NCBI GenBank assembly: GCA_016206725.1
Contig: JACQRA010000088.1
Location: forward strand, 1,622 to 65,621
Length of the DNA: 64,000 bases
Source: Candidatus Omnitrophota bacterium
GTDB taxonomy: Bacteria > Omnitrophota > Gorgyraeia > Aquiviventales > Aquiviventaceae
Direction of reading: 5' to 3'
Position 1 is the stretch's first letter. Each line of letters opens with the position of its first letter. The position numbers were made by a program, and so were the translations under genes. Under the pieces are notes generated by a model. The model saw only the letters and a program-made list of their open reading frames with translations, did not search any database and was not told the origin of the DNA. This document shows, piece after piece, positions 27,028-36,439 of the stretch.

Positions 27028-28312
27028 GCACGCACTCCGGCTGTGAGCCCACGATGTCGTGGACGACGTCCAGCAATGGCCGCTGGAGAGACACGCGCCT
27101 CCATGGACAGCCCGCCGCGTCAGCCGCTTGTCCGTCACGCTCGTCATCGCCGATGAACGGGGTGCGGCTCAAATCGAGATGGAACTCCCGCTGCGCGGCA
27201 ACGAGCATGCCGGGTTTCGGTTTGCGGCACTCGCAACCCTCATCCCATCCGTGGGGACAGTAGTAGATCGCGTCAATCCGTCCGCCAGCCGCCTCGACCT
27301 CAGCCTTCAGGCGTTCATGAACGGCCGTCAGATCCGCTTCCGTCATGGCTCCGCGGGCGATGCCGGCTTGGTTGGACACGACGATGACTCGATAGCCGGT
27401 CTCGCGAAGTCGCCGCAGGGCTTCCAACGCCCCCGGCAACCACTGCCAATCGTTCCATGAGCGAACATACTCGGCTCGAGGCGGCTTGACGTTCAAGACA
27501 CCGTCCCGATCCAGAATGACCGTCGGGCTCCTCGCCAAGAATCGTTGTGTGAGCGGGAGTCGCTCATGAGAGCTGACGCTGTAATAGCGATGGTCGGTGA
27601 CAAACGCGGCTAGGTGGCGTGACGCGATCAATCGCGGATAGATGACGCGCTCAAAACAGACGTTCTCATCCGGGATGTCGTCCAGGACCTCGTGTTGGAA
27701 GATGCCAAAGCCGATGTCCACCCCACGCAGGCTCGGGGCGCGACGCTCTTTGTCGTACACCGCAATGAAACCTTGCTCGTCCACTCGGACGTTGTCGCGG
27801 CTGTAGCCCTCGGCGTTTCGATACACCGTCAGCATCGCCGGCACATTCAACGACCGGTAGCGCGTCCACATCACCTCGAACGACATCGGCCAGTAGTTGT
27901 CGCAGTACATGAAGAGAAAACGGGGCTCAACGCGCGAAGCCGCGAGTTTGAGCCGCCGTCCTGTATCATCGCCCACCGCTGAGACCGCATAGTCAATCGC
28001 CAGTCCCCATCGGCGGCCGTCCTCGCAATACGATTGGATCACGTCAGGACGATACCCCAGCAACAGCAGCACGCGCTCGAATCCCTGCTCGCGCAACAGC
28101 TCAAGCAGATAGCCCAGGAACGGCTGACCGTGAAATTCGATCATCGGCTTGGGCGTGGTGTCGGTGAGCGGCCGAAGACGGCTTCCGCGCCCCCCCGCCA
28201 AGATCACCGCCTGCCGAGGTCGTCCCTCGACTCGCTGCGCTCGCTCGGGATGACCCTGAGCAAGGGCGCGTGACTGAAAGCTATAGCCCGCGTCGAAGGG
28301 TCGCTCCATCAC
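27020..28312 (-). CDS. bifunctional heptose-1-phosphate nucleotidyltransferase (HddC-like) / D,D-heptose 1,7-bisphosphate phosphatase (GmhB, HAD)
   Basis: N-terminal ILAGGRGSRLRPLT, and C-terminal ILDRDGVLN ... CRKPKPGM HAD motifs. Confidence 0.75.
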   Translation of the reverse strand: MMERPFDAGYSFQSRALAQGHPERAQRVEGRPRQAVILAGGRGSRLRPLTDTTPKPMIEFHGQPFLGYLLELLREQGFERVLLLLGYRPDVIQSYCEDGRRWGLAIDYAVSAVGDDTGRRLKLAASRVEPRFLFMYCDNYWPMSFEVMWTRYRSLNVPAMLTVYRNAEGYSRDNVRVDEQGFIAVYDKERRAPSLRGVDIGFGIFQHEVLDDIPDENVCFERVIYPRLIASRHLAAFVTDHRYYSVSSHERLPLTQRFLARSPTVILDRDGVLNVKPPRAEYVRSWNDWQWLPGALEALRRLRETGYRVIVVSNQAGIARGAMTEADLTAVHERLKAEVEAAGGRIDAIYYCPHGWDEGCECRKPKPGMLVAAQREFHLDLSRTPFIGDDERDGQAADAAGCPWRRVSLQRPLLDVVHDIVGSQPECVHV

Positions 28313-28950
28313 ACTCCCGATGGTTTCGCCGGGTACTCGGCCTTCCCGATGATCACATCCACCAGCGCCAAGAGCCAGAAGTGATGCGCCATCTCCACGA
28401 GGTTGTAGGCACGACTATCCACCCAGAAATTCTCATCACCCAGTTGGCGCAACGGGTTGTCCGCAGACAAGCCGGAGAACGTGACGACCGCGGCGAATGT
28501 CATGCGCCTGGCTGCCTCGCAGGCGTTGAGGATGTTCGGGGACTTTCCGCTGGACGAAATCGCGATCAGGACATCGCCGGCGTCGCCGTACTGTTCGACG
28601 GCTTTGGCCATCCACTGCTCGTAGCCGTAATCGTTGGCGAAGCACGTAATGAGATCGGCCTCATTGAAATTGATGGCGCGCACGCCGGCGTTCTTCGTCA
28701 AGTCCACCGCGACGTGGCTCGCCATCGCCGCACTGCCGCCGTTACCGATCAGGATGGTCTTGCGGCCGTGGCGAGCAGCCGTGACGACGAGATCCCGCAG
28801 CCGGATCAACCGGGGAATCCACGACCCATCACCCTGGCAGAGTCGTTGAAACTGCTCGGTATACTGCCGGAGGAACACTTCGGCCTCTTTCGAGCGGTCG
28901 CTCGTTCCTGCACGGGACATTCGGGTTGATCGGCTAACTGACACGGGCAT
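28309..28950 (-). CDS. gmhA: sedoheptulose-7-phosphate isomerase (SIS domain)
   Basis: ILIGNGGSAA and ISSSGKS motifs. Confidence 0.8.
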   Translation of the reverse strand: MPVSVSRSTRMSRAGTSDRSKEAEVFLRQYTEQFQRLCQGDGSWIPRLIRLRDLVVTAARHGRKTILIGNGGSAAMASHVAVDLTKNAGVRAINFNEADLITCFANDYGYEQWMAKAVEQYGDAGDVLIAISSSGKSPNILNACEAARRMTFAAVVTFSGLSADNPLRQLGDENFWVDSRAYNLVEMAHHFWLLALVDVIIGKAEYPAKPSGV

Positions 28951-31495
28951 AGTCGGGTCTCCTCTCAGCTTCTGTGTAGAGTCTGGCGTAGAAGGCGCCC
29001 TGCTGCATCAGGGTCTCATGCGTCCCGTGCTCCACCACGCGGCCGCCGTCAAGGACCATGACGTGATCGGCGTCTCTCACCGTGCTGAGCCGATGAGCGA
29101 TCACGATCACGATGGCGTCCTGATGCAGCGTCTTGATGGCCTCGTACACCGCCCGTTCCGTCAAGTTGTCCAGCGCGCTGGTGGCTTCATCAAAGATCAG
29201 CACGTCGGGCCGTCTCAGAATCGCTCGGGCGATCGCCAATCGTTGACACTGTCCGCCCGAGAGCCGCACGCCACGGTCTCCCACCATGGTGTCGTAGCCC
29301 TCAGGCAGCGAACCGATGAAGCCATCCAGTTGGGCGATACGGGTTGCCCACTCCACGTCAGATCGAGGAACCGTTTCATCACCGAGGGCGATGTTGTCTC
29401 GAATCGAAGCGCTGAAGACAAACACGTCCTGAGGGACATAACCGATCCGCTCTCGCCAGGCGCGCAGGTCCACCTCGCGCAGATCCACACCGTTGATGAG
29501 GACCGCCCCGTCGCCTGGCTCGTAGAGTCCCAACAGGAGGTTGGCCAACGTGCTCTTGCCGGAGCCTGTTGGTCCCACGAGCGCGGTGACGCTGCCCCGA
29601 GTCATGGAGGCGCTGATCCCCCGTAACACGTCCTGATCCGGACGCGCCGCGTACGTGAAGCTCGCCTCCCGCAGCTCGATCCGGTCGACTCGCTCCACGG
29701 CTCGACCTCCCCGACGCTCTTGGGGCAGATGCGTGAGGACCTCCTCCATCACCTCTAATTTCCGTTTGTGTTGGTTCAGCTCCACGCTGGCCTGATTCAC
29801 CATCGCCAACGACGGCGCGATGCGCCGGATACCCATCAGGAACGCCGCCAGCATCGAAAACCGCAGCCCAACCGAGGGGAACAGGAAGGTCGCAGCGCCA
29901 AGCCCCAGGACAATCACCACGGCGATGACTTCGTTCACCAGCATAGGCCCATGGCGGAAGACGACAAGTTGGAGCTCGGGTCGCCACTCAGCCATCGACA
30001 ACGCGTCCTGCCGCTGGACCATCTGCGGTTCCAGACGGTGGGCTTTGACGACCTTCACTCCATCAATCCCCTCAAGCTGGAGCTTTGATTGTTCGCTGCG
30101 AAGGCCGTAGAGCGTCCGCCCATGAGCCGCCGAGCGTCTGTCGGCGAAGACTCGCCACCCCTCCACGCCGATGAACGCGAAGAGCCCGATGATCAGTGTC
30201 ACCCACCATGAGAGGCACAATAACAGCGCCACCATGAGCGCACTACTGAGGATGCCCATCAGGAAGTGGCTCAACTGGGTGATGACGGCGGCCAACGACT
30301 CCGACGGTTGTTCGATATCGTTGAGGATGGCTCCCCGCGAGCGGCGTGTCATCTCCTCGTACCGCGCGTTCAGGAACCGTTCGAAGAGCGAGACCTTGAC
30401 ACGTCGGCGAAGCTTCACCGCGATGGCGGAGGTCCAGTACCAACTCAACAGAAAACATAGCCCGCGGATCACGAAGAAGAGACTGGCAACCGCCAACAGC
30501 GTGAACACCACCACGCTCATCGTGGTCGGCATGCCCAGCGCATGCAGCATGGCGGTAACCGCCGACACCACAGGACTCGCCTGTCCCCGTTCTGGTGCCG
30601 TCAGGACATCAAGCAGGGGCACCGTCAGACCGACCGTCGCAACGTCCAAGAGCGCTGCGCCAAGGATCAGCACCAGGAGTGTGGCTGACTCTCGCGGGTA
30701 GGGCTTCACCGCGATACGCCACGAAAAGGCCAGGGTGCCCAATGGTTTCGTGCCACCGAGGTTGGGAGAGAGTCGTCCTCGGATGATGCGCCAGCCGCTT
30801 CCGGCGATCAGCACAACGTTCTTCCACGTCAGCGCCTTCGAATGGCTTCGGGAACGGGCCTTGTTGGGAATCTGCACTTCCACGACCGATTTCCCTTCCC
30901 GGAGGAGTTGACACAGCAGCTCCGCCTGGTATCCGAATCCCGATGACCGGAATCCTCTGCGGCGCACATTGGCCGTCTTGTGGAGCACGGGACCGTTGTA
31001 GTACTGGAGCCTCGTGCCACTGAACCCTCTCACCAGGCGCACGAAGACTCGGCTGAGGGCACGCCGAAACGGACCACGCGCGTCCAACACTCCGAAGTAG
31101 GGGACGATCATCTCGGCTCGCCCCAGATGATCGAGTAGAATCCGCAGGGCTTCCGGTGGTTCCGCCCCATCTCCGCAGACCATCATGTAGTACTCCCCGA
31201 TGGCTTCATCGGCCGCCCGGAAGTAGCCGGCGCCGAGGCCGCAGCAAACCGGGTTGCGGAGCACGCAAATGCGACACGCCGGATAGCGACGGCATCGATC
31301 GAGCGCCTCCTCGACCGATCCATCCATCGAGGCATCATCCACCACCAGGATTTCGTAGGGGTTGTGTCGCCCGTCCATCACGTCAACGATCGTATCAATC
31401 GTGCGACCCACATTGCCCTCTTCGTTGCGGCAGGGCACGAAGAACGTGAGTGACGGCTCGGCTGACATCGCGTTATCCTTCCAAGGCTCCACCAA
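28934..31495 (-). CDS. fusion protein: GT2 polyprenyl-phosphate glycosyltransferase-like domain + ABC exporter (transmembrane domain + nucleotide-binding domain)
   Basis: 853 aa. N-terminal FFVPCRNEEGNV...VVDDASMDGS (DPM1/GtrB-like GT2). The middle is a 6-TM exporter domain. The C-terminus has Walker A GPTGSGKST, the LSGGQCQR signature and Walker B ILIFDEATSALD. Ends in TAG. Confidence 0.75.
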   Translation of the reverse strand: MVEPWKDNAMSAEPSLTFFVPCRNEEGNVGRTIDTIVDVMDGRHNPYEILVVDDASMDGSVEEALDRCRRYPACRICVLRNPVCCGLGAGYFRAADEAIGEYYMMVCGDGAEPPEALRILLDHLGRAEMIVPYFGVLDARGPFRRALSRVFVRLVRGFSGTRLQYYNGPVLHKTANVRRRGFRSSGFGYQAELLCQLLREGKSVVEVQIPNKARSRSHSKALTWKNVVLIAGSGWRIIRGRLSPNLGGTKPLGTLAFSWRIAVKPYPRESATLLVLILGAALLDVATVGLTVPLLDVLTAPERGQASPVVSAVTAMLHALGMPTTMSVVVFTLLAVASLFFVIRGLCFLLSWYWTSAIAVKLRRRVKVSLFERFLNARYEEMTRRSRGAILNDIEQPSESLAAVITQLSHFLMGILSSALMVALLLCLSWWVTLIIGLFAFIGVEGWRVFADRRSAAHGRTLYGLRSEQSKLQLEGIDGVKVVKAHRLEPQMVQRQDALSMAEWRPELQLVVFRHGPMLVNEVIAVVIVLGLGAATFLFPSVGLRFSMLAAFLMGIRRIAPSLAMVNQASVELNQHKRKLEVMEEVLTHLPQERRGGRAVERVDRIELREASFTYAARPDQDVLRGISASMTRGSVTALVGPTGSGKSTLANLLLGLYEPGDGAVLINGVDLREVDLRAWRERIGYVPQDVFVFSASIRDNIALGDETVPRSDVEWATRIAQLDGFIGSLPEGYDTMVGDRGVRLSGGQCQRLAIARAILRRPDVLIFDEATSALDNLTERAVYEAIKTLHQDAIVIVIAHRLSTVRDADHVMVLDGGRVVEHGTHETLMQQGAFYARLYTEAERRPDYARVS

Positions 31496-31967
31496 GGAGT
31501 CGCGTCAGCCTCTGCGCCCCCCGCGACAGCGCTCGTCCCACCGGGGTCAGGCTGACAGACTCCTCCTCGAGACGCAATAAGCCTGTGTCGTGCATCAACC
31601 GGATTCGGTCGTCAAATCGCCTCGAAGCGACGTACTCCTCAAGGAGCGTGTCAAACTCCACGGACTCCGCTCGGTGTGGGAGAAGGCGGGAGAGCAGCGT
31701 GACTGACACGGACCTTGCCAGCCCCGCATAGATAAAGAAGTAGAGGGTCGACCAGAACCCTGTCAGCCACAGCACGGCACAGGCGTCGATCCATGGCAAC
31801 CGGTTCACACCAACAGCCATCCATCCTGCGACCACCATGCCCATCACGGCCAGTCCTGTCAACCGTACTATTCGGGGTGCATTCGAAGGCCTCGCCCGCC
31901 AGATCAGCACATGCAGGAGGAAGAAGACTCCAAGACCGATGGCAACCGAAGACAGCACGCGGTCCAT
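31473..31967 (-). CDS. small integral membrane protein (hypothetical)
   Basis: About 164 aa from the MDRVLSS Met, with hydrophobic helices then a soluble tail. TGATG overlap with the upstream gene. The ORF-table N-terminal extension overlaps its neighbour out of frame. Confidence 0.45.
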   Translation of the reverse strand: MDRVLSSVAIGLGVFFLLHVLIWRARPSNAPRIVRLTGLAVMGMVVAGWMAVGVNRLPWIDACAVLWLTGFWSTLYFFIYAGLARSVSVTLLSRLLPHRAESVEFDTLLEEYVASRRFDDRIRLMHDTGLLRLEEESVSLTPVGRALSRGAQRLTRLLGGALEG

Positions 31968-32491
31968 CAGCCCACCACCTCCAGTCGCAAGAACTTGCGC
32001 ATCCCGACCATCATCGTCGCACAGCACACGCCCAGCGCCGTCAGCGGTCCCACGCGCCGCCCATCGAATTGCACAAGATGCCATTGCGCCAGGCCGGTCA
32101 GCCGACGCGTCAGCAGGCCGCGCATCCCCATGCCGTTGCTGTAGCCGTCCTGCAGGCGCGACACGCTGACACCTTCCGGTTGGTCCAGCGCATCGACCAG
32201 AATTCTCAGCGAATAGCCGCGCGAGAGCAGCGAACGCACCTCCACATACACGATCACGCCGGTCAGATAGAAGCCGATCGATCCGACCTGTAGGACCAGC
32301 GGCATCGTGCTCATGCCGATCAACAACCCTGCGAGACCGGCTCCGATCATGACGGCCAGGATCGCCGCTGAGACCGCCGGCGCATTCGGATGCCTGATCG
32401 CCTTCAGGCACCTCAAGGCGGCGATGTGCAGAGCCGCCAGCGCCAGCCACATCAGCGCAACAAGCGCACACGCGGTTCCGATTACGACCAT
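31967..32491 (-). CDS. small integral membrane protein (hypothetical)
   Basis: 174 aa with the same architecture as 31473..31967 (helices plus a SLLSR-containing tail). Confidence 0.45.
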   Translation of the reverse strand: MVVIGTACALVALMWLALAALHIAALRCLKAIRHPNAPAVSAAILAVMIGAGLAGLLIGMSTMPLVLQVGSIGFYLTGVIVYVEVRSLLSRGYSLRILVDALDQPEGVSVSRLQDGYSNGMGMRGLLTRRLTGLAQWHLVQFDGRRVGPLTALGVCCATMMVGMRKFLRLEVVG

Positions 32492-33513
32492 GTGATCACC
32501 GGACGTCCCGGCTCGTCATCATCCAGCGCCGCCAGTGCCTCGTTGACCTGCTCAAGCGGAAAGCGCCGGCCCATCAGCAAGCGATGGTTCACCATCCCCT
32601 GCGCCATCATCTGAACCAACTGAGGGATGTCGTGGTCAGGATTGATGCCGCCGCCCCAACTGCCCCAGAGTGAGCGGCCGGCGATCAGATCAAATGGATT
32701 CACGGCAAACGTCTTGCCGGTCTCAAGGTTGCCCACAATGACCACCTTGCCTCCGCGGGGCTTGGCGAGCCGCAGCGCGCTCTCCATGGACGGCACGCTG
32801 CCTGCGCATTCCACCACGAGGTCAAATCCATGTCCATCCGTGATCCGTCGCGCCGCCTCTTCGAGGTCCTCCTCACCGACCTGGATGGTGTGGGTCACAC
32901 CCAGCTCTCGCGCCCGTGCTAGCCGCGCCGGACGGACATCTGCCACCGCGATCAGCGGCCATCCGGCGACCATCGCCCCACAGACCGCCGCCAGCCCCAC
33001 GCCGCCTGCGCCAAGAATGCAGATGCCGCCATGTGGGTTGGCCGGCATCGCCTGCAGCACAGTCCCGGCACCGGTCGGCACCGCGCAGCCAGCCAAGACC
33101 GCGAGCTCCGGATCAACCGGTGGGTCAATGGGCGTCACACACTGTTCTGAGACGATCGGCGACTCGCAGAAGGTCGCGATCGGCCCCGCATTCACGCAGT
33201 CATTCGCCGAGCGATAGGCCACAGGACCGCCGTCCCGCCCTGAGCCGCGGATCCACGACAGCACCACCTGATCGCCTGGCTGGGCTTTGGTGACATCCGG
33301 ACCGATGTCTTCTACGATCCCGACCCCCTCATGTCCGATCAGATGCGGGAGAAACCGGTCCGGCCCACGCCCCCCAGAAACCTCCAGTTTTTGCGAATGG
33401 CACACGGCCGCTCGTTGCATGCGCACGACCAGCTGTCCGGACGCGAGCGGCGGCAACCGCAGCTCTTCAAGCTGCAACGGTTTGCCGAGTTCGCGCAGGA
33501 CAGCGGCTCTCAT
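32482..33513 (-). CDS. zinc-dependent alcohol dehydrogenase (MDR family)
   Basis: MRAAVLRELGKP start, then CHSQ, GHEGVG and GAGGVG motifs. Confidence 0.75.
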   Translation of the reverse strand: MRAAVLRELGKPLQLEELRLPPLASGQLVVRMQRAAVCHSQKLEVSGGRGPDRFLPHLIGHEGVGIVEDIGPDVTKAQPGDQVVLSWIRGSGRDGGPVAYRSANDCVNAGPIATFCESPIVSEQCVTPIDPPVDPELAVLAGCAVPTGAGTVLQAMPANPHGGICILGAGGVGLAAVCGAMVAGWPLIAVADVRPARLARARELGVTHTIQVGEEDLEEAARRITDGHGFDLVVECAGSVPSMESALRLAKPRGGKVVIVGNLETGKTFAVNPFDLIAGRSLWGSWGGGINPDHDIPQLVQMMAQGMVNHRLLMGRRFPLEQVNEALAALDDDEPGRPVITWS

Positions 33514-33598
33514 GGTTCGACTCCACTCACCATGATCCTGCCTCGCACCGAGTGCGCTCGGCACGAGGTGAGCAACGCCGAAAGGCTGAGTCGAAGGA

Positions 33599-34315
33599 TC
33601 ATTCGGTAATCGTCCAGTACACGTCGCCGGTATAACCCTCTTCGGCCAGCAACTGTTTCCAGTGGTCGGTGCTGTAGATCAGCTCAGCCGTCAACTGCCA
33701 CTGTTCGAGATTGATCCGCTCTTGCTCGTTGCGGAACGAATCCACCTGCAAGTACTTGTGCCGACGCCCGACGCGCTCCATTTCCCGAATCGCCTGCCGG
33801 CACAAGGCGTCCGGCAAATTGTGGACCACATTGATCGAGATCACCACATCAAAGGACCGATCTGGAAACGGCAGATGCGTCGCGTTGCCCTGCTGGAGAA
33901 ACGGCTTGACGTCTTCCATCGCATGATCCAAGGCGTAACGGGACACGTCGATCCCCGCCACGCGCACCCCCGGCAGGAGCTCCCGGAAGTCGTGGAGGAA
34001 AAACCCCTTCGCGCAGCCGATGTCCAGGATGGATTCGGCGCCGGTCAATCCATCGTGGTCGATCATCCGGCGCGCCACCGCTTTCCACCGGCCGTCATAG
34101 CGGTAGCCGCCATAGCCCTGGGCGCGGGTGCCGTCAAAATATTCGAGGCCGAACTGTTTTGCGATGAGGCGGTTTTCCGGCGTCCGCGCTTTCCACTCGG
34201 CCCGCTCGGCGAGATTGCGCTTCATCCGCGGATAGACGTCCAGCAAGTTCACCTCGCGGAAGCCTTCGTCGGCCGTCGGCGTCGACGCGCGCATGGGGTC
34301 AGACACGGTGGACAT
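33599..34315 (-). CDS. class I SAM-dependent methyltransferase
   Basis: ILDIGCAKG motif I. The ORF-table N-terminal 170 aa is R/S-rich out-of-frame overlap with 34299..35294. Confidence 0.65.
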   Translation of the reverse strand: MSTVSDPMRASTPTADEGFREVNLLDVYPRMKRNLAERAEWKARTPENRLIAKQFGLEYFDGTRAQGYGGYRYDGRWKAVARRMIDHDGLTGAESILDIGCAKGFFLHDFRELLPGVRVAGIDVSRYALDHAMEDVKPFLQQGNATHLPFPDRSFDVVISINVVHNLPDALCRQAIREMERVGRRHKYLQVDSFRNEQERINLEQWQLTAELIYSTDHWKQLLAEEGYTGDVYWTITE

Positions 34316-35294
34316 ACTCCAGCGCCTCCTGGAGGATCGGCTCCGAGTGGTCCTCCACCCACGCGATGGTCTCGCGCACACCCGCTTCGAAGTCCACGTG
34401 CGCTCGCCAACCCAACTCGCGCTGGGCTCTCGTGGCGTCCAACCAATACCGCGCATCCTGCCCCAGCCGCTCCGCCGCCGGCTCCGCGACATCCTCGAAG
34501 GTGCGGCCCATGAGGCGTGCCACGGTCCGCACGACCTCCGCGATGGTCCGATCATCGGCCGTGGAAAAATGATAGACGGTACCCGGCGTGCCTCGGCGCA
34601 TCGCCGCCAGGGCGCCCTGGACCACGTCGCGGACGTGGACAAACGACTTGATCGCCCGGCCCCCGCCGTGCAGGGGGACCTTCTTTCCCTGCTTGATGGC
34701 GAGGATCGTCCGCGGGATGATCTTGAAGAGTTGTTGATGCTTTCCATACACGTTCGTGGAACGGACGATGAAAGCGGGAAATCCGAAATTATTGACCAGC
34801 GTTGAGAGATAGAGATCCGCCGCGGCCTTGGAGACGGCATACGGCGTGCTGGGACGCAGCGGCGCGTCCTCCGCCACCGGATGTTCGCAGGAGCCGTAGA
34901 CCTCGGCCGAGGAGATGTGGAGATAACGTTTCAGGTACGGCCGCGTCCTGAGGAAATTCGCCAGACGCACCACACCCACCGTATTGGTCTCAAAGTATTC
35001 CACCGGACTGGTATTGCTTAACGCCACCTCGCTGAGTGCCGCCACGTTGATCACGCAGGCTGGCTGCAGCTCATCCAACAGCGTCTGCACCGCCTCCGCC
35101 TGGCGGACCAGATCGATTTGGTAAAACGTCCACCGGCTCATGTCCCGTTGCCGATAGGGAGCGAACAGCGCCCCCTGTTCCGGCGAGCGGCTGATGCCGA
35201 CGACCTCGTAGGCCGGATCCTGAAGCAGCGCGTCAACAAAGTGACTGCCGGTAAAACAATTACTGCCGATGACAACACCCAGCGTTCGACTCAT
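34299..35294 (-). CDS. NAD-dependent nucleotide-sugar 4,6-dehydratase/epimerase
   Basis: VVIGSNCFTGSH start and YAVSKAAAD catalytic motif. Confidence 0.75.
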   Translation of the reverse strand: MSRTLGVVIGSNCFTGSHFVDALLQDPAYEVVGISRSPEQGALFAPYRQRDMSRWTFYQIDLVRQAEAVQTLLDELQPACVINVAALSEVALSNTSPVEYFETNTVGVVRLANFLRTRPYLKRYLHISSAEVYGSCEHPVAEDAPLRPSTPYAVSKAAADLYLSTLVNNFGFPAFIVRSTNVYGKHQQLFKIIPRTILAIKQGKKVPLHGGGRAIKSFVHVRDVVQGALAAMRRGTPGTVYHFSTADDRTIAEVVRTVARLMGRTFEDVAEPAAERLGQDARYWLDATRAQRELGWRAHVDFEAGVRETIAWVEDHSEPILQEALEYVHRV

Positions 35295-36439
35295 CGGTTC
35301 CCGTAGAAGGTTCGGATCATCTCCACCACATAGGCGCGCTCTTCCGACGTCAGGTGCTGATCCACCGGCACGGTGATCAACGAGGTGGACTGCCGTTCCG
35401 CCTCCGGAAAGTCGCCCCGCTTGTAGCCCAGATGCGCCAAGCCCCGCTGGAGCGGCAACGGAATCGGATAATGGATCTTGGCCTCGATGCCCTGCGCGAG
35501 CAGGTACTCAAACAGCGCATCACGGTCGCGCGCGTAGACCTGATAGAGATGAAACACTCGGCGGATTCCTGGACGGCGCGGCGGCAGCGCCAGGTCGCCG
35601 GCCATGGCGCCGAACGCCACGTCGTACGCGGCGGCGTTGTCGATCCGGCGCTGGTTGATGTCCGGCAGATGCGTCATCAGCCAGTTGCCGACGATCGCCT
35701 GGAGGGTATCCAAACGGCTGTTGTACCCCAAGAGGGCGATTTCATTGCGGCCCTGCAGGCCGTGGTTGCGCAACAGGCGCAATCGTTCGTTGAGCGCCGC
35801 GTCGTTCGTCACGATGACCCCCCCATCGCCCCAGACGTTCAGGTTCTTGAGCGGATGGAGGCTGAACGCCCCGCAGGCGCCCATCCCGCCGGCCGGCTGG
35901 CCGTGGTAGGTGGCCCCGATCGCCTGGCAGGCGTCCTCCACGACCGCCAGGCCTCGGCACGAGGCGAGCTCACGGATGGCCTCCATGTCGGCGACGTCCC
36001 CCGTCAGGTGGACCGGAAGGATCGCTTTCGTGCGCGGCGTGATCGCCCGTTCGATTCGCGCCGGATCGAGCGTGAAATAGGGCGTGACATCCACCAGCAC
36101 GGGCCGTGCGCCGGCGGCCTGGATGGCTCCGACGGTGGCCACAAACGTGCTGGCGGCGGTGATGACTTCGTCCCCCTGGCCGATGCCCAGCGCCTTGAGG
36201 CTCAGCATCAAGGCATCGGTCCCGTTGGCGACGCCAATCGCATGTCGGACGCCGAGAAAGGAGGCGAACGCCTGCTCGAACTGCTCCACGGCAGGACCGA
36301 GCGTGTACTGGCCCGTTGTCACCAGCGCGCGGATCTGCTCCAGGATCTCGTCCGGCTGCGCGAACTGCCGCTGCAGATACGAATAACCCACCCGCATACG
36401 GGGTCGGGACGACGGTTTCACGATCGTGGCGTCAGCCAA
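35291..36439 (-). CDS. DegT/DnrJ/EryC1/StrS PLP-dependent sugar aminotransferase
   Basis: Full-length DegT pattern (GDEVITAASTFVATVGAI..., SLHPLKNL). Confidence 0.8.
   Translation of the reverse strand: MADATIVKPSSRPRMRVGYSYLQRQFAQPDEILEQIRALVTTGQYTLGPAVEQFEQAFASFLGVRHAIGVANGTDALMLSLKALGIGQGDEVITAASTFVATVGAIQAAGARPVLVDVTPYFTLDPARIERAITPRTKAILPVHLTGDVADMEAIRELASCRGLAVVEDACQAIGATYHGQPAGGMGACGAFSLHPLKNLNVWGDGGVIVTNDAALNERLRLLRNHGLQGRNEIALLGYNSRLDTLQAIVGNWLMTHLPDINQRRIDNAAAYDVAFGAMAGDLALPPRRPGIRRVFHLYQVYARDRDALFEYLLAQGIEAKIHYPIPLPLQRGLAHLGYKRGDFPEAERQSTSLITVPVDQHLTSEERAYVVEMIRTFYGNR

Noticed and set aside
33599-34840. R/S-rich 170-aa N-terminal region of ORF 33599..34840, and similar N-terminal extensions of 45517..46971, 31473..32471, 6021..7238, 54432..55586 and 59675..60667
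   Set aside because: The extensions overlap the upstream gene in another frame and lack homology. Conserved N-terminal motifs (Rossmann GxxGxxG, DegT start, NeuB start) begin at internal Met codons that abut or overlap the upstream stop.
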